Assembly (NCBI GenBank): GCA_963665095.1
Contig: OY762069.1
Coordinates: 4,032,001-4,096,000, forward strand
Source of the DNA: an uncultured Desulfobacter sp.
GTDB taxonomy: Bacteria; Desulfobacterota; Desulfobacteria; Desulfobacterales; Desulfobacteraceae
Length of the DNA stretch: 64,000 nucleotides
Reading direction: 5' to 3'
Every line of letters starts with the position of its first letter. Position 1 is the stretch's first letter. Shown here in pieces: positions 47,482 to 56,437 of this stretch. The notes under the pieces were generated by a model. That model saw only the letters and a program-made list of their open reading frames with translations, was not told the origin of the DNA and did not search any database. The translations under genes were made by a program, and so were the position numbers.

Positions 47482-49992
47482 ATGTCAGATAAAAATGAGA
47501 CCGCATCCGGCCGGCTGGGTACATTTGCCGGGGTTTTCACGCCAAGTATTCTTACCATTTTAGGGATCATTCTTTTCCTGCGTTTAGGCTATGTGGTGGG
47601 CGCCGCAGGCCTTGGGAAAGCCCTGATTATCATTGCGGTTGCCAATCTGATTTCCGTTCTGACCAGTATGTCTCTGGCGGCCATTGCCACCAATATGAGG
47701 GTTGGTGGTGGCGGTGTCTATTACCTGATTTCCAGAACCCTTGGCATCGAGTTCGGCGGGGCCATAGGTATTGTGCTGTTTTTAGCCCAGTCTGTCTCCA
47801 TTGCCTTTTACTGTATTGGTTTTGGTGAAGCCCTGGCCGCCATCCTGGGCCTGACCGGCCATTTTACGGTGCAGATCATTGCAGGTGCGGCCCTGCTGTT
47901 TCTTTTCCTGCTGGCATGGATCGGCGCAGACCTGGCCACCAAGTTCCAGTATGTGGTCATGGTATTTCTGGCCCTGGCCCTTATATCCTTTTACATTGGC
48001 GGCATCCGGCAGTGGGATACCGGGCTTCTGGTGGAAAACTGGATTGCCAACGAAAGCACAGCCCCCTTCTGGGTTCTTTTTGCCCTGTTTTTTCCGGCGG
48101 TGACCGGGTTTACTCAAGGCGTCAGCATGTCCGGTGATCTTAAGGATCCCAGTAAAAGCATGACCACAGGTACCTTTGCTGCGGTTTTTCTCTCTATCCT
48201 GGTCTATTTTTCTGTGGCTGTGGTGTTTGCCGGTTCCACGCCCTTGAAAACCCTTGTCAGTGACTACGGGGCCATGAAACAAATTTCCATGTATGCCTGG
48301 CTGATCAATGCCGGCGTTATTTCCGCCACCCTGTCTTCAGCCATGGCCTCGTTTCTTGGTGCGCCCAGAATTTTACAGTCCCTGGCCGCGGACAGGATCA
48401 TTCCGTTTCTGAACCCGTTTGCAAAGGGGCATGGTCCGTCCGGCAATCCCCGCCGGGGGGTGCTGCTCTCCTTCGGGATATCTGTTGCAACCGTTTTCAT
48501 GGGCCAGCTTGACCTGATTGCAGGGGTGGTCTCCATGTTTTTTCTGATCTCCTACGGCCTGCTTAATTATGCCACCTATTATGAGGCCTCTGCCGAGACC
48601 CCGTCTTTCAGGCCCAGGTTCAAGTGGTACAGCAAAAAAATCAGCCTTGCGGGTGCATTGATCTGCCTGGCCGTCATGCTCATCATTGATTTCAGAACCG
48701 GCATTGCTGCAGTGGCCATCCTGCTTGCCATTTTCCAGTATCTCAAACGGATTTCCACCCCGGCAAGGTGGGCGGACAGCCGGCGCTCCTATTATCTTAA
48801 ACTGGTCAGGAACAACCTGATGGGTGCCAGCAAGGTGCCGGAACACCCCAGAGACTGGCGGCCTTACGTCCTTGCCTTGTCCAATGATGAAAAAGAGATG
48901 AAGCAGCTTTTGAATTTCTCCTCCCTGATCGAAGGGAAAAGCGGCATGACAACAGCTGTACGGATTCTCCAGGCACGGGGATACCGGGCACTAAAGCTCA
49001 AGGAAGAGGCCCAAAAGGATCTTTCACGGATTATATCCGAGCAGGAGAGTTCGGCATTTTCCCTGGTGCTGGCGGCAGAATATGTGGCCAACGGCCTGTC
49101 TGTGCTGTGCCAGTCCTTTGGTATCGGCCCGGTGAAAGCCAACACCGTACTCATGAGCTGGAGCGAACAGTATATTCAAGAAAATGATCCTGTCCAGTTT
49201 CACAACTATAAAGATTTGATACGGCTGGCTGTCCAGTCCGGGTGCAATATTATTCTGCTGGATGATAAAAACCAGGACCGGCCCGAAGAGAGCCATGGCA
49301 AAGCCCGGACCATAGATGTATGGTGGAAAGCCGATGACACCAGCCGGCTCATGCTGCTGCTGGCCTATCTCATCACCCGTGCCGGCCATTGGGAAGGCGC
49401 CTGTATCAGGCTTCTGGCCTGTTATCTGGACCGGGATAACAAAGAGATCATGGAAATGCTCACCCACACCCTGGATGAAATACGGATCACGGCAGAGCCT
49501 AAAATTGTCCTTGGCCTGAATGAAAAGGTCTTTTTAAATACCTCCGGAGAGACCGATCTGGTATTCATCCCGGTCTCCCTGAAAAAAGATGACCAGGTGA
49601 TGTTTGGGGATCTTTCGCTTGAGCAGATCCTGCCGAACCTGAAATCCGTGGCCATGGTCATGGCGGCCCAGAAAATCGATTTGGATTCAGCCCCGGAAGA
49701 GGGCCGGGCCGGAGAACTTGCCCACCTGTTTGACGAACTGAAACATGCGGAAAAACGGGTGGCAGTGGCAGAAAAACGCGCGTTTCAGGCTGCAAAATCA
49801 GCCACAGAATTCCTGGAAGATTCCCAGGAGATGAACCTGAGCGATCCCAACCTGTTAAAACACCTTAAAGAGACCCTGGCATTGCGGGAAAAATCCGATG
49901 ATGCCAATAAAAAGGTGCTCAGGGAACGGGCCAAACTCATGGAGATCTCCCAGCGGGCAAAGGATGAGGGAATTGCTGTGGACAATGAATGA
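47482..49992 (+). CDS. Cation-chloride cotransporter (SLC12-like) APC-superfamily permease
   Basis: GVFTPSILTILGIILFLR, GGVYYLISRTLG, FFPAVTG, SGDLKDP, PSFRPRF, HPRDWRP, IDVWW C-terminal domain. Confidence 0.88.
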   Translation: MSDKNETASGRLGTFAGVFTPSILTILGIILFLRLGYVVGAAGLGKALIIIAVANLISVLTSMSLAAIATNMRVGGGGVYYLISRTLGIEFGGAIGIVLFLAQSVSIAFYCIGFGEALAAILGLTGHFTVQIIAGAALLFLFLLAWIGADLATKFQYVVMVFLALALISFYIGGIRQWDTGLLVENWIANESTAPFWVLFALFFPAVTGFTQGVSMSGDLKDPSKSMTTGTFAAVFLSILVYFSVAVVFAGSTPLKTLVSDYGAMKQISMYAWLINAGVISATLSSAMASFLGAPRILQSLAADRIIPFLNPFAKGHGPSGNPRRGVLLSFGISVATVFMGQLDLIAGVVSMFFLISYGLLNYATYYEASAETPSFRPRFKWYSKKISLAGALICLAVMLIIDFRTGIAAVAILLAIFQYLKRISTPARWADSRRSYYLKLVRNNLMGASKVPEHPRDWRPYVLALSNDEKEMKQLLNFSSLIEGKSGMTTAVRILQARGYRALKLKEEAQKDLSRIISEQESSAFSLVLAAEYVANGLSVLCQSFGIGPVKANTVLMSWSEQYIQENDPVQFHNYKDLIRLAVQSGCNIILLDDKNQDRPEESHGKARTIDVWWKADDTSRLMLLLAYLITRAGHWEGACIRLLACYLDRDNKEIMEMLTHTLDEIRITAEPKIVLGLNEKVFLNTSGETDLVFIPVSLKKDDQVMFGDLSLEQILPNLKSVAMVMAAQKIDLDSAPEEGRAGELAHLFDELKHAEKRVAVAEKRAFQAAKSATEFLEDSQEMNLSDPNLLKHLKETLALREKSDDANKKVLRERAKLMEISQRAKDEGIAVDNE

Positions 49993-50035
49993 CGCCCGTC
50001 CCATTTTCGATTTCAAGGAAAACGATTAGAAAAAA

Positions 50036-50578
50036 TCAGGCTTTAAATATATTGTGAAAGTTATCCCACAGGCCCTTGGTTTTTAAAAAATCCTCGTAGC
50101 CCTGAATTTGTTTTTTGGCAGCCACCAGATCGTCATTGGCCTCATCCATCCGGTGGATGGCGATGCGTTTTAACTCCCGGTGGAATTTGTCCCTGCTGGC
50201 CTGATCCAGCCGGTCCAGAACGGATAAATCCAGTCCGACAACCAGAACCCGGGTCAGTGCCGTCAATGTGGCCGAGCGCGGATTATTATTAATGGGGCCC
50301 ATCTCTCCGAAAAGTGTCCCTTTTTTATCCAGCACCTTTAAATTCACCCCGCTTTTTGACAGTTGAATACTGCCCTCCAGCAGCCAGAACATCCAGGCAT
50401 CGAACTGTTTTTCCATGATCAGTGCCTGGCCCGGATCATACCGCATTAAAAAAGAGCAGCCCGACGCACTGAATATGGCACGGACCATATCTTCAGGTAA
50501 TATTTTCAACACAGGAAATCTCATCAGTGACGACAGAGATTTTCGTACATCAATAGCTTGTAACCGTTTTCCAGCCAT
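50036..50578 (-). CDS. Cyclic nucleotide-binding domain protein
   Basis: LLEGSI, FGEM...PRSAT phosphate-binding cassette; GGAGG RBS; no evident HTH. Confidence 0.85.
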   Translation of the reverse strand: MAGKRLQAIDVRKSLSSLMRFPVLKILPEDMVRAIFSASGCSFLMRYDPGQALIMEKQFDAWMFWLLEGSIQLSKSGVNLKVLDKKGTLFGEMGPINNNPRSATLTALTRVLVVGLDLSVLDRLDQASRDKFHRELKRIAIHRMDEANDDLVAAKKQIQGYEDFLKTKGLWDNFHNIFKA

Positions 50579-50954
50579 GCTGGTCCTCCATTCTCATAAT
50601 CCGCCATATTGCGCGACAGCAATAATCTGACGAAGGGATCTGTCTGTCTGAGCTAACAGTATTTTGGCGATCAATAAGGAATTAGGATCATCCTGGATGT
50701 GACCCTTGCACAATATGATAAAATTTAATTTCCTGATAATTTAAAATAACAGCAGGTAATAAGCAATAGAAATTTAAGCATATCATTTCAATATATGGCA
50801 CGACTGCACAAGGCAGCCAAATATCAGAAAGTCAAACCTGACCCCGTGTATTAAAAATATACTCAAGTATAAATTTTAATTTGACTTCAAAAATATATTT
50901 TCATATGAGTGTACAGGCGAATTAACTTAAATCTTGAAATTATGGAGGATTGTT

Positions 50955-52340
50955 TTGGAACAAAGTTTTGCCCCCTATATCGGAAGCTTTCTCTGGATGT
51001 CGGTTCTGCTGCTCATCGGTACGATCCTGCGCGCCAGGATCTCTTTCTTTCAGAAATTTCTCTTCCCCTCTGCCATTATTGCAGGACTCCTCGGCTTTGT
51101 TCTCATGAGCCTTGGGTGGGTGGGGCTGCCCATTAACCAGCAGTGGACTCCCATTCCCCACAGCACCTTCACCATGGTCACAACCCACTTGTTTGCCTTC
51201 GGATTCGTGGGCATAGGCCTCATGTCCGGGGACCAGGGGCAGCAGGGCAAAGGCGGCCAGATTCTCAAGGGATCCATCTGGATGACCCTGCTGTTTCTGG
51301 GTATGCTCTTTCTGCAGTCCACCTTTGGTGTCGGCGTCATGCTGGGCTGGGAAAAACTCACCGGCCAGGGACTGACAACAGGCGTGGGCTTCCTTGCCGG
51401 TCACGGATTTACCCAGGGCCCGGGCCAGACCCTGGCCATTGCGGCGGGATGGGAAAAGATGGGCCAGGCAGACGCAGTCTCCATCGGCTTAGCCTTTGCC
51501 GCTGTGGGATTTTTCGTCGCAGCCCTGGTGGGGGTGCCCATTGCCAACTGGGGTATCCGCAAAGGATTTGCCACCCATTCAACCCAGGAGCTGTCCGATG
51601 ATTTTCTCAAAGGCATTGAACTTCCCGGGAAGCAGAGCGTGGGAACGATGAATATCACCCATAACTCCAACGTGGATTCCGTCTCCTTTCACCTGGCCCT
51701 CATGGGCCTGGTCTATGCCCTGGGGTTTGGCATCAGCTATGTTCTGCTTCACTACCTTCTGCCCAAATCCCTTTCAGGGCTTGCCTTTGGCTTTTTGTTT
51801 GCCTGGGGGCTTTGCGCTGCCATGGCCTTTAGAAAGGTCCTCAATGCCTTTGGCGGGAATTCTCTGATTGATGAAAATACCCTTCGACGGCTGACCGGGG
51901 TCACTGTGGACTATATGGTCATCTCCGTCATGATGGCGGTCCAGGTCTCTGCCCTGAAAAACTATCTGATACCCTTTCTCATCATTGTTGTGGCCTTGAG
52001 CATTATTACGCCGGCCATCATTATCTTTGCCGGCCGCAGGGTAGGGTCCATGGGGTTTGAAAGAAGCCTGGTCATGCTGGGGTACTGCACAGGAACCGGA
52101 GCCAGCGGGCTTTTACTGCTTCGTCTGGTGGACCCGGAGTTCAAGACCACAGCAGCCGTGGAAACAGGCGTGATGAATCTGTTTGCCATGCTTACCATTC
52201 CTTTGACTTTCTTTGTCTTTATGATGCCGAAATTTGGTTTATATAACCTGCTGCTCCTGGAATTCGCCACTGCCGTGACCATGTTCCTGGCCATGTTCCT
52301 GCTGCATAAACTTAAATATTTCGGACCCAAACAGTACTAA
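50955..52340 (+). CDS. Sodium/glutamate symporter (GltS/ESS family)-like transporter
   Basis: FPSAIIAG, GFTQGPG, GYCTGT..SGLLLLRLVDP; GGAGG + TTG start at 50955. Confidence 0.82.
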   Translation: MEQSFAPYIGSFLWMSVLLLIGTILRARISFFQKFLFPSAIIAGLLGFVLMSLGWVGLPINQQWTPIPHSTFTMVTTHLFAFGFVGIGLMSGDQGQQGKGGQILKGSIWMTLLFLGMLFLQSTFGVGVMLGWEKLTGQGLTTGVGFLAGHGFTQGPGQTLAIAAGWEKMGQADAVSIGLAFAAVGFFVAALVGVPIANWGIRKGFATHSTQELSDDFLKGIELPGKQSVGTMNITHNSNVDSVSFHLALMGLVYALGFGISYVLLHYLLPKSLSGLAFGFLFAWGLCAAMAFRKVLNAFGGNSLIDENTLRRLTGVTVDYMVISVMMAVQVSALKNYLIPFLIIVVALSIITPAIIIFAGRRVGSMGFERSLVMLGYCTGTGASGLLLLRLVDPEFKTTAAVETGVMNLFAMLTIPLTFFVFMMPKFGLYNLLLLEFATAVTMFLAMFLLHKLKYFGPKQY

Positions 52341-52356
52341 CACATATAGGGGGACT

Positions 52357-53988
52357 ATGATGAAACGCCACATATTTATCAACTGTACCGTTCTGACCAT
52401 GGATGACCGTATGCCTGAAGCGGAAGCGTTCGGGGTTCTCGGGGAGCGGTTCGCTGTTGTGGGAACCAGACAGGAGGTGACAGCCTGGGGCGGGGACGCG
52501 GCGTCCGTAACGGATCTTGGGGGACGCACCGTGCTGCCGGGCTTTATTGAAACCCATAACCACCTCTCCTTTTTCAGCCTGCGCCTGGACCATATCAACT
52601 GCGGTTCCCCGCCCAATACCACCATTGCCCAGATTCTGGCCCTGGTGGCGCAAGAGGCTGAAACAACGCCGGCCGGAGAATGGATCTTCGGGTACGGATT
52701 TGACGACAGCCTGATCAGCGACAACCGTCATCTCAACCGGGACGAACTGAATAACATCGCCCCGGACCAGTACGTGATGATCTTCCATACCTCGGGGCAC
52801 CTGGGGTATGTGAATTCCAACCTTCTCGATCTTATGGGGATTGACGATAACACGCCCAATCCCGAAGGTGGCGAAATTCACCGGGATAAAAACGGCCGGG
52901 CCACAGGACTGCTCAAGGAGACGGCGATTTTTCCCATCATGGACCATATTCCCAAACCGGATCTGGCCGAGATCAAATCCTTGCTGTACCGGGGTGCGGC
53001 TGTGGCCGGCAAGGTCGGGGTCACCTCAGTTCACGACGCCGCCGTTGGCATGGAGGGGGCAGGTCCCCTGGTGGTACAGGCATACAGGGAGCTGGCGGCG
53101 GAAAACAAACTGGGCCTGCGGGCCTATCTCACCCTGATGAGCGATCTGTTTGACCAGTACAAGGCCCTTGGCCTGGGATCGGGTTTCGGCAACGACCATG
53201 TAAGGATCGGCTCGGTGAAACTTTTCCAGGACGGCTCCATCCAGGGCCACACCGGCTGGCTCTCCCAGCCATACCACGACCGGCAGGAGGATGGCTTTAC
53301 CAGCGGGTATATCATGCCCCAGAAAGACCTGGACGAAAAGATACTGGCCTGCCACAGTGCAGGGCTTCAGATCGCCATCCACGGTAACGGGGATGCGGCC
53401 ATTGAATCCATCATCCAAGCGGTGGAAAAGGCCCAGGCCCAGGCTTTTCGAAAAGATCCCCGCCACCTGCTCATCCACTGCCAGACTGTACGCGAGGACC
53501 AGATTCCGCGCATGAAAGCGTGCGGACTCATGCCCTCCTATTTTGTGGACCATGTCTATTTCTGGGGGGACCGGCACCGCGACATCTTCCTGGGCCCGGA
53601 GCGGGCCGCCCGTATCAGCCCCCTGGCAAGTTCGCTTGAAAAAGGGGTGATCTTTACCCTGCATTCAGATCTGCCCGTGACCCCCATGAACCCGCTGCAC
53701 TCCATCCACACGGCTGTGAACCGGCTGACCCGGCAGGGAAAAGTGCTGGGACCGGACCAGCGCATTTCCGTAAAAGACGCCCTGAAATCCTTCACCATAT
53801 GGGCTGCCATGGCCGGGTTTGAAGAGGATATCAAGGGCACGGTCACCCCTGGCAAGCTTGCGGACTGGGTGGTGCTGTCAGACAACCCTGAAAAAATCGA
53901 CCCGGCCGGAATCGAAAATATCCAGGTTCTGGAAACGGTTGTCGGCGGCTGCACCGTGTACGCAGCCCAGGCTTGCCGAAAGGAATAA
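52357..53988 (+). CDS. Amidohydrolase_3 (YtcJ-like) metal-dependent hydrolase
   Basis: PGFIETHNH, KLFQDGS, HGNGD, IHCQ, HSDLP, GKLAD. Confidence 0.9.
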   Translation: MMKRHIFINCTVLTMDDRMPEAEAFGVLGERFAVVGTRQEVTAWGGDAASVTDLGGRTVLPGFIETHNHLSFFSLRLDHINCGSPPNTTIAQILALVAQEAETTPAGEWIFGYGFDDSLISDNRHLNRDELNNIAPDQYVMIFHTSGHLGYVNSNLLDLMGIDDNTPNPEGGEIHRDKNGRATGLLKETAIFPIMDHIPKPDLAEIKSLLYRGAAVAGKVGVTSVHDAAVGMEGAGPLVVQAYRELAAENKLGLRAYLTLMSDLFDQYKALGLGSGFGNDHVRIGSVKLFQDGSIQGHTGWLSQPYHDRQEDGFTSGYIMPQKDLDEKILACHSAGLQIAIHGNGDAAIESIIQAVEKAQAQAFRKDPRHLLIHCQTVREDQIPRMKACGLMPSYFVDHVYFWGDRHRDIFLGPERAARISPLASSLEKGVIFTLHSDLPVTPMNPLHSIHTAVNRLTRQGKVLGPDQRISVKDALKSFTIWAAMAGFEEDIKGTVTPGKLADWVVLSDNPEKIDPAGIENIQVLETVVGGCTVYAAQACRKE

Positions 53989-53992
53989 ACTG

Positions 53993-55657
53993 ATGGCAAT
54001 GACTCCCGTTCAAATTTTCAAGGCCAGAAAAATCATCACCATGTATCCGGAGCAGCCCGTTGCCACTGCAGTGGCTGTGACAGCGGGCAGAATTCTGGCC
54101 GCAGGCGAACCGGATGAACTGGAATACCACCTGAAACGATCCCCCTTTTGCAGTTACCTCATTGATGACCGCTTCAAGGAGATGGTACTCATGCCGGGGC
54201 TGGTGGATGCCCACACCCATGTGGAGCTCCAGGGAATTATCTATGCGGGAGAATTTCTCTCACAGATTCCCTGGCCTGACCCGGCAGGGGGATTTTTTCC
54301 GGTCTATCCGGCAAAGGAAGATGTTCTGGAGCGGCTGAAGGTTCTGGATAAAACCATGCCTGAAGGCAGGCCCATCTTTGGCGTGGCCTATGACGATAAT
54401 AAGATCGGAAGTCTGAGTCTCAAAGACCTGGATTCAATATCCACCCGGCGCCCTATTCTCGTGGCCAATCTTGTATTCCACAGGTTCTGGTCCAATTCCA
54501 GACTTCTGGAAACAGCCGGCATCGGTCCCGGGAATCTGCCCAAAGGGGTTGAAACCGACAAGGACAACATGCCAACAGGCACCCTTGTTGAATCAGCGGG
54601 TCTGATGGCGGTATATCCAGGGTTAACGGATATTTTTTCAGATCTGGAGAAAAAAATTGAGCGGATATTTCCTCTGTTTATCCGGGGCGGGCACACAACG
54701 GTCTGTGATGCCGCATTCGGCGCCCTGGGCCTTGATTTCTCCCTGGATTTCATGGGACGGGTCTGCAGCAGGCAGACCCGTGCCCCCAGGGTGGTAGGCC
54801 TGCCCTGGGCCGTAACGCCCATGGGTGAGGGGGCCGATATACAGGCCTTTATCCGGAAGGTGACAGAGGCCCGGGCCGTTGACAGGGGCAACCTGCGACT
54901 GGGCGCGGTAAAGCTCTACACAGACGGATCCCTGATCTCAAAAACAGCCCCGGCAGACTGGCCCGGGTTCTGGAACGGCACGCCGTCCGGCACCATGGCC
55001 GTTCCTCCAGAGCAGGTGGCCCGATGGCTTATTGAACTGCATAAAGCGGGCATTCCCACAGTAACCCACGCCAATACAGCCCTGGGATGCCAGGTGGTGC
55101 TGGATGCCGTGGAAGAGGCACAGGCACAGTGTTTCAGACCGGACATCCGCCACCGTATAGACCACTGCTACACCATCACCGAAGCCCAGCTGCGAAAGGC
55201 AAAGGCCCTGGGCGTCTGCATCCAGTTTTTCACGCCCCAGCTCTACTATTACGGGGATACCCACCTGAAACTGCTGGGGCCGGGCCAGGCCCCCCATTTA
55301 ACGCCTGTGGGTACGGCAGAACGGCTTGGGGTCTCCTGGGGATTTCACAATGATCCCCCGGGTACACCCCAGCTTCCCTGGACCGGGGCCTATGCCGTGG
55401 CAACCCGGATGACCCGGGATACCGGAACCGTGCTGGGAGAACGCCACTGCATCCCCATGGAACGGATTCTTCATGCCATGACGCTGGAAGCCGCCTATCA
55501 GATGCACATGGACCATGAAATCGGTTCTGTGGTGCCGGGCAAAAAAGCGGATTTTTGCGTTCTTGAAGCTGATCCGCTGACCATGGATCCCGCGGAGATC
55601 AAAAAGATGCCGGTTTGGGGCGTCATCTTTGAGGGCGAGCCCCAGAAGGCGGTGTAA
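53993..55657 (+). CDS. Second Amidohydrolase_3 (YtcJ-like) metal-dependent hydrolase
   Basis: PGLVDAHTH, KLYTDGS, HAN, IDHC, HNDPP, GKKADF; start at ATG 53993 after AAGGA. Confidence 0.9.
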   Translation: MAMTPVQIFKARKIITMYPEQPVATAVAVTAGRILAAGEPDELEYHLKRSPFCSYLIDDRFKEMVLMPGLVDAHTHVELQGIIYAGEFLSQIPWPDPAGGFFPVYPAKEDVLERLKVLDKTMPEGRPIFGVAYDDNKIGSLSLKDLDSISTRRPILVANLVFHRFWSNSRLLETAGIGPGNLPKGVETDKDNMPTGTLVESAGLMAVYPGLTDIFSDLEKKIERIFPLFIRGGHTTVCDAAFGALGLDFSLDFMGRVCSRQTRAPRVVGLPWAVTPMGEGADIQAFIRKVTEARAVDRGNLRLGAVKLYTDGSLISKTAPADWPGFWNGTPSGTMAVPPEQVARWLIELHKAGIPTVTHANTALGCQVVLDAVEEAQAQCFRPDIRHRIDHCYTITEAQLRKAKALGVCIQFFTPQLYYYGDTHLKLLGPGQAPHLTPVGTAERLGVSWGFHNDPPGTPQLPWTGAYAVATRMTRDTGTVLGERHCIPMERILHAMTLEAAYQMHMDHEIGSVVPGKKADFCVLEADPLTMDPAEIKKMPVWGVIFEGEPQKAV

Positions 55658-55748
55658 AGCCAGGAAAAATTCTCAGCCAGGAACTGCCCCGGCCCAAAAT
55701 TTGGTTTAGTATTTGACTTGAATTCACTCTTTGGAGTATCAAGGTCTT

Positions 55749-56432
55749 ATGGAATTCAAAGACCTGCCCTTAAGAGAACGAAAAGCCTCACGGACCCGGC
55801 TGGCCATTTACCGGGCCGGCCGGAGTCTGCTGAAAAAAAAGGGGCTGGCCGACATCAGGGTGGAGGAGATCTGTGAGGATGCAGAGGTGTCCAGGGGGAC
55901 CTTTTTCAGTTACTTCAGCCGGAAAAAGGATCTGATTATTTATTCCATACGGCTGTGGAGCATTGAGATCGGATGGCATATGGCCCAGATGCCCGAAGCG
56001 GCGCTTGGACTGTCATGGATTGAAAAAATTTTCCTGGACCTGGGCCACGAGATGCCGGACGAACCCTTTTTCTGGAAGGAGCTTCTGGCCATCCGTATTT
56101 TTGAACCTAAAAATATTCACCGGCTGAACCAGAACGAGGTCTCCATGGTCACCCTTGGAGACAGACTGCTCCACTTCCCGGACAAACCCGGCATTGAAGA
56201 TGTTCTGGAGGGTACCATTGTCACCTACCTGAAACAGAACCTGATCATTGCCATGGAAAAAGGGGAACTGCCGCCGGGCATCAATTTCGAATCCACCCTC
56301 ATCTCTCTGACCAGCCTTCTTTATGGTGTCCCCACCATGCTGTCCGGATACACAGAACTGGAAACCCTGGATCAGGAGTACAGCCGCCAGCTCAACACCT
56401 TGTGGGCTGGTCTTCGGGTGACCTGTACATAG
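55749..56432 (+). CDS. TetR/AcrR family transcriptional regulator
   Basis: LRERKA.TR, VEEICEDAEVSRGTFFSYF..K HTH. Confidence 0.92.
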   Translation: MEFKDLPLRERKASRTRLAIYRAGRSLLKKKGLADIRVEEICEDAEVSRGTFFSYFSRKKDLIIYSIRLWSIEIGWHMAQMPEAALGLSWIEKIFLDLGHEMPDEPFFWKELLAIRIFEPKNIHRLNQNEVSMVTLGDRLLHFPDKPGIEDVLEGTIVTYLKQNLIIAMEKGELPPGINFESTLISLTSLLYGVPTMLSGYTELETLDQEYSRQLNTLWAGLRVTCT

Positions 56433-56437
56433 AAACA

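Noticed and set aside
50796..50811. TGGCAC sigma54 -24-like box upstream of the symporter
   Set aside because: No GC at the -12 position with correct spacing
53819..53992. 58-aa N-terminal extension of the second amidohydrolase in the ORF track
   Set aside because: It overlaps the preceding gene; an RBS and ATG at 53993 give the family-typical N-terminus
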